DNA of 64,000 nt from Candidatus Binatia bacterium (GTDB taxonomy: Bacteria > Desulfobacterota > Binatia > HRBIN30). The translations under genes were made by a program, and so were the position numbers. Below the pieces are notes generated by a model. The model was not told the origin of the DNA. It did no database searches and saw nothing but the letters and a program-made list of their open reading frames with translations. How positions within the stretch are numbered: position 1 is the first letter of the stretch; each line of letters starts with the position of its first letter. Below are positions 1 through 8,870 of the stretch, piece after piece. The stretch is from positions 160,001 to 224,000 of the forward strand of contig JBBRSP010000005.1 of NCBI GenBank assembly GCA_038245295.1, written 5' to 3'.

Positions 1-18
1 CGTTGGGGAAGAGGTACT

Positions 19-97
19 CGAGGCGCACCATAACTGGACATCCACCCGACGCATCGACGAGGCGCACCATACTGGACATCCACCCGACGCATCGACG
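19..97 (+). repeat. Tandem duplication of a 38/39-bp unit containing CTGGACATCCACC
   Basis: cgaggcgcaccata(a)ctggacatccacccgacgcatcga at 19-57 and 58-95, differing by one inserted base. Confidence 0.9.
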
Positions 98-355
98 CGA
101 CGGGATCGCCACCCGGCCCAGCGTTCCACTCAGATCGGGCCTACTACACAATGGACTAATGGAAACGACGCCGTTCGTCGGTGGGGTGTCCAGGTAACCG
201 CGGCGCGCGCAACTCGCGATGCGGCTTGAAGAGCGAGTGTGTGTTCAGGCATGTACTGGCACGGCAATCGGTCGGAGGCGGCCCATGAATAGAGATCGTG
301 CGTCTGCATCGTCATTTGGTTGGTGTCCCCGCTCGCGTGGGGTTTAGGATACCCG

Positions 356-2455
356 ATGAACGGAGAAACCTTTGCGATCGCGGAACGAGACCGCAGCCCC
401 GCCTGGTACGACGCCAGCCGCCAGGATTTTCTGGAAGATCCAAGTGAGCGTATTGCCCAAAAGCTGGCCGGACGCGCCGCCGCTGAGGCGTTTGAGACCG
501 GACCGGACCAGTTCAAGGAGTGGAAAGAGAGCGTCGATGTCCTGAAACGGCCTTTCGACCAATCGGGTTTAGTGGACGAGGCCGAGGCGCGGCTTCGCCT
601 GGTCCGCAATGCCGTCGCCGACATACCCGATGTGGCCGATGTCGTGCTCGAGTTCGACTTTCGTCGCCGTGGCCTACGGCTCGACTGCGTCCTGCTCGCC
701 CAAGGGGCATTGTTCGTGGTGGAGTTTAAGCGAACGAAGATCACGGCTGCCGACCGCGATCAGGTGATGAACTATGCGATCAACCTAATCGAGTTTCATC
801 GCGTCACACGGGAATGGGCCGACAGCGGTGCTTTGATCGTCCCCGTGCTTGTGCTGACCAAAGGGAAAGCCCGTGCGACCGAGTCTCCGGACTTCGCTTC
901 CCCGCCATGGGCATCCATGCTGGCCAAACCCCTCGAGTGCAGTGGCGGTGACGGCCTGCGTGAGGTTCTGGTGCGTGCGCTCGAACGCCGGAACACGACG
1001 GCGAGCTGCGCCAGGACCCGATGGCTGGCCTCGCCATTTTCGCCATCGTCATCGATCGTCGACGCGGCGTTGTCGCTGTACGGTCAGCATGACGTCGCCG
1101 CCATCGAAGCCCACGCGGCTCCCAAGCAGGCTATCGACGAGAACACAGGCGAGATCGTAGATGTTGTCCGGGCGACCCTCGCCGCGAACGAACACCGAAT
1201 CATTTTCCTCTCCGGGGCACCGGGGTCCGGTAAGACGCTCGTCGGCCTCAATCTCGCGTTCAGCCAGCTGTTGAGCGCACAGACAGTATTCGTGACGGGA
1301 AATGCTCCACTGGTAGAAGTGCTACAAGCGGCGCTGCAATCGTCATATCGACTGGGCGGCAAGAGCGGCGCCACTAAGGTGATCACCGGGTACCCGAAGA
1401 AGGGCTTCAAACCCATCGTCTCGGCGAGCACGTTCAAGATCGTCAAAGCTCATCAGTTCCTGGGCAAACGCGGCCAAGCGCATGGCCAGGAGGACGGCCG
1501 CGTCGTCGTATTCGATGAAGCTCAGCGCACCTACGAGAAGGGCCGGACCGTTGTAGGGCAGAAGCTGGAAGACCACGAAGCGGATCTGATCCTAGCAGCG
1601 CAGCGCCGGCAGTTCCCGGATGGATCCGTGGTCGTCGCGCTGATTGGGCATAACCAGGCCATCAATCGCGGCGAGCTCGGCATGATCGCGTGGTTCGACG
1701 CGGCAGAGAGACAGAAATGGCTCATCTCGGTGGGGGATGAAACGTTCGCACTTCTGCCAGAGTTCGTACGCGAGCAATGGAACGATCGCCGTTCGGGCTT
1801 GCGGCACGGGCATCTCCGTCAGTCGATGCGATTCTACCGCAACGAGGCGATCGAGAGGTGGGCTGCAGCGGTCCTCGACGCTCCCGCCGGAGACGCGGCG
1901 GTTATCGCGCAAGGCCTCGACACAGCAGGGGCAACAGTTTGGCTGACGCGCGACCTGGATGCGGCGAAACGTTGGGCCAAGGCGCTGGCGGTCGGCGGCC
2001 AGCGAAGCGGCATGATCGCGTCCGGTCAGGCGCGGCGGCTTGCGGCGCATGGGTTGTTTGTGGACCTCAAGCCGGACATTGCGACGTGGATGCTCGGCGC
2101 TTCAGGCGACTACCGTTCGTCCAATGCTTTGGAGACCGTGCAAAACCAGTATCAGGTGCAGGGACTCGAGGTGGACTACACGATCGTCTGCTGGGACCTC
2201 GATCTTCGGCGAGACGGCGACAGCTGGGTTGCCCGCCGCGTGGTCGGATCCGTATGGCAACACGACAGAGCCTTGGATGTCGCAAAGAACAGCTACCGCG
2301 TGCTGCTCACGCGCGCACGCAAAGGAATGATCATCTTTGTCCCCGATGGCGACCGCACGGAATCAGACGAGACGCGCCCACCTGTGGAGTATGATCGCAT
2401 CGCCGAGTATCTCCTGGCGTGCGGCGCTCGACGATTCATAGGTTCGGATGGCTAA
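356..2455 (+). CDS. DUF2075 (Schlafen group 3-like) helicase with N-terminal PD-(D/E)xK/NERD-like nuclease domain
   Basis: Walker A GAPGSGKT, Walker B VVFDEAQR, QGLEVDY and YRVLLTRARKG helicase motifs; N-terminal LDCVLL...FVVEFK; ATG at 356 preferred over upstream TTG. Confidence 0.8.
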   Translation: MNGETFAIAERDRSPAWYDASRQDFLEDPSERIAQKLAGRAAAEAFETGPDQFKEWKESVDVLKRPFDQSGLVDEAEARLRLVRNAVADIPDVADVVLEFDFRRRGLRLDCVLLAQGALFVVEFKRTKITAADRDQVMNYAINLIEFHRVTREWADSGALIVPVLVLTKGKARATESPDFASPPWASMLAKPLECSGGDGLREVLVRALERRNTTASCARTRWLASPFSPSSSIVDAALSLYGQHDVAAIEAHAAPKQAIDENTGEIVDVVRATLAANEHRIIFLSGAPGSGKTLVGLNLAFSQLLSAQTVFVTGNAPLVEVLQAALQSSYRLGGKSGATKVITGYPKKGFKPIVSASTFKIVKAHQFLGKRGQAHGQEDGRVVVFDEAQRTYEKGRTVVGQKLEDHEADLILAAQRRQFPDGSVVVALIGHNQAINRGELGMIAWFDAAERQKWLISVGDETFALLPEFVREQWNDRRSGLRHGHLRQSMRFYRNEAIERWAAAVLDAPAGDAAVIAQGLDTAGATVWLTRDLDAAKRWAKALAVGGQRSGMIASGQARRLAAHGLFVDLKPDIATWMLGASGDYRSSNALETVQNQYQVQGLEVDYTIVCWDLDLRRDGDSWVARRVVGSVWQHDRALDVAKNSYRVLLTRARKGMIIFVPDGDRTESDETRPPVEYDRIAEYLLACGARRFIGSDG

Positions 2456-2526
2456 CAAGATCACCGACGGCCGCTGGCCTCGCGCAGGTCGATTAGGGAG
2501 GAGGTTGCGGCTCTCGCCATTCTCGT

Positions 2527-2598
2527 GGACGACTTCGAGGGACGTGGTTGGGACGACTTCGAGGGACGTGGTTGGGACGACTTCGAGGGACGTGGTTG
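2527..2598 (+). repeat. Perfect 24-bp tandem repeat x3
   Basis: ggacgacttcgagggacgtggttg at 2527, 2551 and 2575. Confidence 0.95.
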
Positions 2599-2639
2599 TG
2601 ATTCTCGCGATTGTCCGAAGAATCGCGAGAATCGCAACC
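2594..2639. repeat. 19-bp inverted repeat (hairpin)
   Basis: ggttgtgattctcgcgatt ... aatcgcgagaatcgcaacc, one G-T mismatch. Confidence 0.8.
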
Positions 2640-2649
2640 GCGTCCCCTT

Positions 2650-2910
2650 TGCGAGCCTCGCACATCCTGGAGCACACCGGAATGGTTGGGCTGGAGACGG
2701 CGATCGAGGAGACGCTGCGGGCTCCCCGTCTGGTGATCCAATCGCGATCCGATCCAGCGGCGGCGCTGCATTATCGATTATGTCGGCACTCGCGTCGGTG
2801 ACAAATGGCTGAGCGTCGTGGTCAAATACGGCGTCCTCGACGCCTTCGTGTTGACGGCCTATCTTGCCGACCAGCCGAAGAAAGGCATCCGACGATGGCC
2901 CAAACCGTGA
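2650..2910 (+). pseudogene. Frameshifted toxin-like gene upstream of DUF2283 protein
   Basis: HILEHTGMVGLETAIEETLRAP...HYR continues in another frame near 2778 as YVGTRVGDKWLSVVVKYGVLDAFVLTAYLADQPKKG...stop 2910; 5' end disrupted by repeat/hairpin. Confidence 0.6.
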
Positions 2911-3113
2911 AGATCTGGTTCGACAAGGAAGGCGACTTCCTCGAGGTGCGTTTTTCCGAGAAGCCCGGCTACATGCGCGAGACGGACAACGATGCCGTGA
3001 TGGAGCGCGTCGATGAGAGTGGCGAAGTGCTGGGCTTCACGGTCATGGCGGTGAGCAAGTTCGACAAGGCACACCCGCTGACCGTTGAACTTTCGGAGGC
3101 GTTGCGACAATGA
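2895..3113 (+). CDS. DUF2283 domain protein (putative antitoxin)
   Basis: MAQTVKIWFDKEGDFLEVRFSEKPG...MERVDESGEVLGFTV pattern typical of DUF2283. Confidence 0.75.
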   Translation: MAQTVKIWFDKEGDFLEVRFSEKPGYMRETDNDAVMERVDESGEVLGFTVMAVSKFDKAHPLTVELSEALRQ

Positions 3114-3616
3114 GTCGCATCCTGATCATCGCCGGCCCCAACGGTGCGGGGAAGACCACCTTCGCCCGCACCTTTCTGCCCCGTGAGCACGTGCGACAGT
3201 TCATCAACGCCGACCTGTTGGCCGCCGGCCTGTCTCCTCTCGACCCCAAGGCTGCACAGCTTGCCGCCGGCCGTCTCTTCTTATCGGAAATCGATCGCCT
3301 TGCGGCTATCGGCGCAGATTTCGCCTTCGAGAGCACCCTGAGCGGTCTGGGTTACCTGCCGCGCCTCCGGCGGTGGAAGGAGAGCGGCTACCGGGTCGAG
3401 ATCGTCTACCTAAAGCTCACCGACGTGCGCCTGGCTCTGCAACGCATCGCTTCTCGCGTTCGGAGCGGCGGGCACGATGTACCGGAGGCCGACGTCCGTC
3501 GCCGTTTCATCCGCAGCTGGAACAATTTCGAAGCGCGATATAAACCCCTCGCTGATGCGACGTGGGTCTTTGATGTAAGCGGCACCATGCCAATTCTTCT
3601 CCGGACGGAACCATGA
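3110..3616 (+). CDS. Zeta-toxin-like / COG4185 P-loop ATPase
   Basis: IIAGPNGAGKTT, FINAD, FESTLSG, RVRSGGHDVPE motifs. Confidence 0.85.
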   Translation: MSRILIIAGPNGAGKTTFARTFLPREHVRQFINADLLAAGLSPLDPKAAQLAAGRLFLSEIDRLAAIGADFAFESTLSGLGYLPRLRRWKESGYRVEIVYLKLTDVRLALQRIASRVRSGGHDVPEADVRRRFIRSWNNFEARYKPLADATWVFDVSGTMPILLRTEP

Positions 3617-3777
3617 AAAGCACAGCCAAAACCAAACCGCCCCAACTCGATACGCGCGCAAAGAAGATTCTGAAGTCCTTACTCGACGCACGCAAAGAAG
3701 CGGTCAAGTCGGCGCGCATGCATGGCGTGCCGGTAATCTACATGCGGGCGGGCAAGATCGTACGCGAACGCCCATGA
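3613..3777 (+). CDS. Small basic protein (54 aa), likely partner of the zeta-toxin-like ATPase
   Basis: ATGA overlap with upstream stop; MKSTAKTKPP...ARMHGVPVIYMRAGKIVRERP; below ORF-track cutoff. Confidence 0.6.
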   Translation: MKSTAKTKPPQLDTRAKKILKSLLDARKEAVKSARMHGVPVIYMRAGKIVRERP

Positions 3778-3778
3778 T

Positions 3779-3817
3779 CCATCCTGTCTATCCTGTCCAT
3801 CCTGTTAAAGTCGTTCT
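3779..3817 (+). repeat. ATCCTGT nonamer REP-like half element
   Basis: ccatcctgtctatcctgtccatcctgttaaagtcgttct; near-identical to 61598-61636. Confidence 0.75.
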
Positions 3818-3840
3818 TAGCGGTTGGTATTGAGGTAGTC

Positions 3841-5319
3841 GTGACCACCGATTCGATCATCTCCAAAGTCTGGGGCTTCTGCACGACGCTGCGCGACGAT
3901 GGCGTGGGCTACGGCGACTACCTGGAGCAGCTCACCTATCTGATCTTTCTCAAGATGGCCGACGAGTACGGCCGGCCGCCCTATAACCGCGCGGTCGGCA
4001 TCCCTGCCGAGTATGCGTGGCCGACCTTGAAGAGCCTCAAGGGCGCGGAGCTGGAAGTCCACTACGTCACCGTGCTGCGCGAGCTTGCCGGCAAGAGCGG
4101 CATGCTGGGGCAGATCTTCACCAAGTCGCAGAACAAGATCCAGGACCCGGCCAAGCTGGCGCGTGTCGTTGGCATGGTGGACGAGACGGAATGGATCGTC
4201 CTCGGCGCCGACACCAAGGGCGAGATCTACGAAGGGCTGCTGGAGAAGAACGCCGAGGATACCAAGTCGGGCGCCGGCCAATACTTCACGCCGCGCGCCT
4301 TGATCAAAGCCATGGTCGAGTGTGTGCGCCCGCAGCCGGACAAGACCATCGCCGACCCGGCGTGCGGCACGGGAGGATTCTTTCTCGCCGTCTACGATCA
4401 CCTGATCGCCAACCACGAGCTCAACAAGGCGCAGAAGGCGTTTCTGAAACACGAAATGTTCCACGGCAACGAGATCGTCGCCAACACGCGGCGGCTCTGC
4501 CTGATGAACATGTTCTTGCACAACATCGGCGAGATCGACGGCGAGAGCCCCATCTCGTCAAACGACGCGCTGATCGCCGACAGCGGCAAACGCTTCGACT
4601 ACGTCCTGGGCAACCCGCCCTTCGGCAAGAAGAGCAGCATGACCTTTACCAACGAGGAAGGTGAGCAGGAGAAGGACGACCTCGTCTACAACCGCCAGGA
4701 TTTCTGGGCGACCACCGCCAACAAGCAGCTCAACTTCCTACAACACATCCGCACCATGCTGAAGACGACGGGAAGCGCGGCGGTCGTCATGCCCGACAAT
4801 GTCCTGTTCGAGGGCGGTGTCGGCGAAACCGTGCGCAAGAAGCTGCTCGAGAACACCGAGCTCCACACCATCCTGCGCCTGCCGACGGGCATCTTCTACG
4901 CCAACGGCGTCAAGGCAAACGTCCTCTTCTTCGACAACAAACCGGCGGCGAAAGAGCCGTGGACGAAGGACATCTGGTACTACGACTATCGCACCAACGT
5001 GCACCACACGCTGAAGCGCAAGCCCATGCGCTTCGAAGATCTCGCCGAGTTCATCGAGTGCTACCACCCGGCCAACCGCCACGTCCGCAAAGAAACCTGG
5101 CACCCCGAGACCAACCCCGAGGGCCGCTGGCGCAAATACACCCACGCCGACATCACCGCCCGCGACAAAACCAGCCTCGACCTCTTCTGGCTGAAAGACC
5201 GGAGCCTCGCCGACCTGGACAATCTCCCGGACCCGAAAGACCTCGCCGAAGAGATCGTCGAGAACATCGAAGCCGGGCTAAACAACTTCCGCACCGTACT
5301 GGCGGCGCTGGGGAAATGA
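3841..5319 (+). CDS. hsdM: Type I restriction-modification N6-adenine methyltransferase subunit
   Basis: HsdM N-terminus (LRDDGVGYGDYLEQLTYLIFLKM), GQYFTPR, DPACGTGG, NPPF. Confidence 0.93.
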   Translation: MTTDSIISKVWGFCTTLRDDGVGYGDYLEQLTYLIFLKMADEYGRPPYNRAVGIPAEYAWPTLKSLKGAELEVHYVTVLRELAGKSGMLGQIFTKSQNKIQDPAKLARVVGMVDETEWIVLGADTKGEIYEGLLEKNAEDTKSGAGQYFTPRALIKAMVECVRPQPDKTIADPACGTGGFFLAVYDHLIANHELNKAQKAFLKHEMFHGNEIVANTRRLCLMNMFLHNIGEIDGESPISSNDALIADSGKRFDYVLGNPPFGKKSSMTFTNEEGEQEKDDLVYNRQDFWATTANKQLNFLQHIRTMLKTTGSAAVVMPDNVLFEGGVGETVRKKLLENTELHTILRLPTGIFYANGVKANVLFFDNKPAAKEPWTKDIWYYDYRTNVHHTLKRKPMRFEDLAEFIECYHPANRHVRKETWHPETNPEGRWRKYTHADITARDKTSLDLFWLKDRSLADLDNLPDPKDLAEEIVENIEAGLNNFRTVLAALGK

Positions 5320-5746
5320 AGCGGCGCGGCGCCGAAAAGCGAGGCCGGAGGAGACTTTACAAGTTGTGACAACTCCCCGGTAGAAAAGCGCGAGCGCCCG
5401 GAGTCAGCAATGTCGAAAAATCAGCGCCAAGAGTTGCCAGCAGATAAGATAGCCGAAGTTGCGGTAACAACCGTAATCGCGGTGGCCACCGGAGCCAGTG
5501 CCGGAATGGCGGCATTGGCCGGGACACCCACGGCGAACGCGGTCCCTTGGCCGTTCCGAGGTCCGTTTGCCTGACAAACGGTAGATTTGGGGACGCGTAA
5601 CCGATTCGCGCGATTCCCCCTCCTGAACGAATCGCCTAAAACATTGGCAATCGCCGGATTGAGTATTACCGCAACACGATCGACAGCGTGGGCACCTTCG
5701 GGATATCCCGCCAACGCACCGATGAGTCTCATGAGGGGGGCCGAGA

Positions 5747-6319
5747 ATGCGCGTGCTGAGTGTGCTCGGAGTCTTGATGGTTCTGGCTGGGTGTGCGGAA
5801 ACCGTAAGAATTGGGACCAGTCCGCCGGGGGCGAAGGTCTACATCGAGGAAAAGCTGATTGGAGAATCGCCGGCCGACTTTACCGTTGAGGCTCACCACG
5901 TCGAGTCGCAGTATCACCTCCGGCTTGAGAAGGACGGCTACGGCACGGTCGATGATGTCCTCCGTTCGCACGTCGCGGTCGGCCGAATCGTGCTGGACGG
6001 CCTGCTGACCTGCGGCATCGTCTGGGCTGCCAAGGGCTGGCGTACTTTTGAGCCGGTCAACTTTGAAATGAAGCCTGTCGGAGCGGCTGCCGTTGAACCT
6101 CACGGCGCTGCCCCCCAACCGGTGGGAGCACCGCACACGGCGCCCGTCGGGCTCGAGCCCCAACCGATTGGGGCACCTCGCACCGGGTCCGCGGAAGTCG
6201 ACGCCCGTGACGTCGAGCTGGTCAACAAGCTGCGGCGCTTGCGTGACCTCTATGACCACAAGCTAATCAACAAACAGGAATACGATTCGTACAAGGCCGA
6301 CGTGATGAAGGGGCTATGA
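5747..6319 (+). CDS. Lipoprotein with PEGA-like domain and C-terminal SHOCT-like motif
   Basis: Lipobox VLAGC; TSPPGAKVYI...IGESP...LEKDGY; C-terminal LRRLRDLYDHKLINKQEYDSYKA. Confidence 0.7.
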   Translation: MRVLSVLGVLMVLAGCAETVRIGTSPPGAKVYIEEKLIGESPADFTVEAHHVESQYHLRLEKDGYGTVDDVLRSHVAVGRIVLDGLLTCGIVWAAKGWRTFEPVNFEMKPVGAAAVEPHGAAPQPVGAPHTAPVGLEPQPIGAPRTGSAEVDARDVELVNKLRRLRDLYDHKLINKQEYDSYKADVMKGL

Positions 6320-6599
6320 GCACGCATTTGCCGCGCGGCCACGCCGGTGTAATCTAGGGACGCCGAGCGATTCTCCGGACAGATGCAAGGGCCGCAAACT
6401 ACGTCCTTCGAAGCCCGTCAGAGGCAAGCACCGTAGGTGATGTTGACTACTTCTCGGTCTTGAGCTGCCACTGACCGTCGCTGAACCACGCCCCGCTCGG
6501 CACGGTTCAGCACCGGACACTCTGACCCGCATCAACCTGCTGCCAGGGCTCGACGACGAGATCTTCGCGACTAACGGCCTGCGCTGTTGACGCGGTTGG

Positions 6600-7454
6600 C
6601 TATTGGCCGATGGCTTCGTCGAGAATTCGGCTACGGCGCTGCTGATATTCCTGCGACGACAGCAAACCCTCGGTCTGCAACGCGTCTAGTTTCTTGAGGC
6701 GCTCCGCTGTCGAGCCGAGAGGCAACCCGATTGGGGTTTTCACTTTGCCGTTGCCAGTCTCGTTTCCAGCGGCGCCCGTCGATGGACGTGCCGCTTTACC
6801 AGCCGCGATGATTTCGCTCGCAATGTTGGACAGGAAATCGGCCTGCAGATAGCCGACGAAGGGTTTCTGGTAGACCGAGGTACGATCGCGGTGTTCTTCG
6901 ACGTAGGTCTTTCGCAACAGCTCGGTTCCGCTGCGCGAATCTGTGACCACCACCGTTATCGTTCCTTTCACCCAGGCTTCGTTGATCTTTCCGCCGAATG
7001 TTCCGTAGAAAGGAATCCACTCACGCCCGCCGGTACCCAGCCGCTCAAAGAAGTCATAGCTGCCGCTGACGACAAACTCGGCTTGCGCCGGCATCGGCGT
7101 TACCGAGCGGGTTACGTTTGAAAATATCTGCTTCCTGCCAAGCGTTTCTTGCAGGAGGTTGGCGATCGCCACCGCGAAGTGCTTGCGGAAGCTCTCCTTC
7201 TCTTCCTCGGTGTACTGTGTGTCCACAGCGCCAACGGCAAAGTTGGCCACCTGGACGACGGCGGGCACCTCAGGGGAAGCCGTCTTGAAGGAAGCAGCTT
7301 GTTCGGCCGGCACCGGAGCACTCTGCACCGCGAAGTGCGCGCGATAGCAGCCGCTTTGAATGAGAGCGGCCAGCAGCAGTGCAGTTGACGCGGCCACCCG
7401 ACGCTGGCGTTGCGATTGAAACGGTGAGGATACAGATCCCCGGAAGTTGCTCAT
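6600..7454 (-). CDS. Lipoprotein with C-terminal SHOCT domain
   Basis: Hydrophobic signal ending QSGC; C-terminal ERLKKLDALQTEGLLSSQEYQQRRSRIL. Confidence 0.7.
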   Translation of the reverse strand: MSNFRGSVSSPFQSQRQRRVAASTALLLAALIQSGCYRAHFAVQSAPVPAEQAASFKTASPEVPAVVQVANFAVGAVDTQYTEEEKESFRKHFAVAIANLLQETLGRKQIFSNVTRSVTPMPAQAEFVVSGSYDFFERLGTGGREWIPFYGTFGGKINEAWVKGTITVVVTDSRSGTELLRKTYVEEHRDRTSVYQKPFVGYLQADFLSNIASEIIAAGKAARPSTGAAGNETGNGKVKTPIGLPLGSTAERLKKLDALQTEGLLSSQEYQQRRSRILDEAIGQ

Positions 7455-7536
7455 CGGCCCCCCTCAATACAATTGCGATGCCGCTACATGCCTGAACATC
7501 GTGTCTCTGTTCAAGCTGCAAGGAACTCGTGGGGGC

Positions 7537-7573
7537 CAAGCCCGCTGGACATCCACCTGAGCCGGGCCGGCGA
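7537..7573 (+). repeat. 37-bp direct repeat, copy 1
   Basis: caagcccgctggacatccacctgagccgggccggcga; 36/37 identical to 8871-8907. Confidence 0.9.
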
Positions 7574-7676
7574 TCGCATCGAGTGGATGTCGACCATCGT
7601 CCCTGCTGGGATCGTTTGCGCTGCATGCATGTGTTGCAGCGATTGCCGCAAGCGGCGCTTCGCGTAGCTTCTCGGC

Positions 7677-8579
7677 ATGCCGACGGCGTTGCACGAGTCT
7701 CTGCTCTACCTCTTCCGTAACCGCCCGGCGCTTGCTCCTGAGCTGTTGCAGGAGGCGCTCGGTCTCGTGTTGCCCGAGCATACCGACGTGCGCATCGAGT
7801 CGGCTGATTTCTCCAATCTGCAAGCCGCCGAGTATCACGCCGATCTGGTCGTGCTGCTGAGTCACGGCAAGCCGGTGCACGGTATCGTTGTCGAGGTGCA
7901 ACGGCAGCCGAGTCCGGACAAGCAGTTCTCGTGGCCGCTGTACGTGGCCGGGATGCGCACGCGCTTTCGTTGCCCGGTGATGCTGTTCGTTGTGACAGCC
8001 GACGAGACGGTAGCGCGCTGGGCGGCTCGACCGATCGATCTGGGCGGCGGCAATTTGTTCGTGCCCATGGTGCTGGGGCCGGCAGCGGTTCCGGAGATTA
8101 CCGACCGGCAGCGGGCGGCGGCGGAGCCGGAGCTCGCAGTGCTGTCCGCCATGGCGCACGGCCGGGACAACGACGTCGAAAAGGTTACAGCAATCGCGAC
8201 CAATGCCATGATGGCCAGTCTGGCACTCGACGACGAGCGGGCAACGTTGTATTTCGATTTCATCCGAGCGTCGCTGAGCCAAGCGGCAAAGGAGGCATTG
8301 CAGGCGATGGACCCGAGCAAATACGAGTACCAGAGCGAATTCGCGCGACGCTACTTCGCCGAGGGCATTGCCGAGGGCGAGGCACGCGGCGAAGCGAGAG
8401 GCGAAGCCCGCGGCGAAGCGAAAGGACGTCTGACAATGGTTCTTCGTCAGCTGACGGTTCGCTTCGGCGCGTTGCCACCGCGGGCCGAAGAGCGTGTCCG
8501 TGCCGCGTCGATCGAAGAGCTCGACGCCATCGCCGAACGAGTCCTCAGCGCCGCCAGTCTCGACGAGGCCATCGGGTAA
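7677..8579 (+). CDS. DUF4351 / Rpn-like PD-(D/E)xK protein
   Basis: HESLLYLFRNRP, ADLVVLL...IVVEVQ, GEARGEARGEARGEAKG repeats and C-terminal LRQLTVRFG...ELDAIAERVL. Confidence 0.8.
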   Translation: MPTALHESLLYLFRNRPALAPELLQEALGLVLPEHTDVRIESADFSNLQAAEYHADLVVLLSHGKPVHGIVVEVQRQPSPDKQFSWPLYVAGMRTRFRCPVMLFVVTADETVARWAARPIDLGGGNLFVPMVLGPAAVPEITDRQRAAAEPELAVLSAMAHGRDNDVEKVTAIATNAMMASLALDDERATLYFDFIRASLSQAAKEALQAMDPSKYEYQSEFARRYFAEGIAEGEARGEARGEARGEAKGRLTMVLRQLTVRFGALPPRAEERVRAASIEELDAIAERVLSAASLDEAIG

Positions 8580-8778
8580 GCTCCTGGGGCCAACGGGCCA
8601 ATCGAGGACACAAGCGTCTGTGGGCAAGTCTGCACGCAGGCGCTTGAGACAAGTTTGCCGCTACTTGCGTGTGAGCCCAGGCACCGACTCACTTGGATAA
8701 CACTCGCTCGGCGCGCCGGTTGGTAGGATTGGGCGGGCCAGGATGTGGATGTCCCGCAACCCGAGCACAAACGGACCC

Positions 8779-8857
8779 AGGCAATAGGCACAAGGCAAGA
8801 GGCAAGGAGGAAGCCCCCTCTTGCCTACCGCCTGTTGCCTCTTGCCTGTCGCCTCTT
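8779..8857. repeat. Heptamer (AGGCAAG / TTGCCTC) inverted short-tandem repeat
   Basis: aggcaataggcacaaggcaagaggcaag followed by cttgcctaccgcctgttgcctcttgcctgtcgcctctt. Confidence 0.75.
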
Positions 8858-8870
8858 GTGTTCCAAAAGG

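Noticed and set aside
19..97. 38/39-bp repeats as CRISPR repeats
   Set aside because: Only two tandem copies with no spacer
2527..2598. 24-bp x3 repeat as a CRISPR array
   Set aside because: Units are directly adjacent with no spacers and no cas genes are present
5421..5732. 103-aa minus-strand ORF
   Set aside because: No recognisable motifs; cannot support it as a gene
6565..6605. attC-like ends after the 6600-7454 stop (GCCAAC...GTTAGTC) and GGCTAAC at the DUF2075 stop
   Set aside because: The first is only ~33 bp, core sites deviate from RYYYAAC/GTTRRRY, no L boxes and no integron integrase; at most remnants
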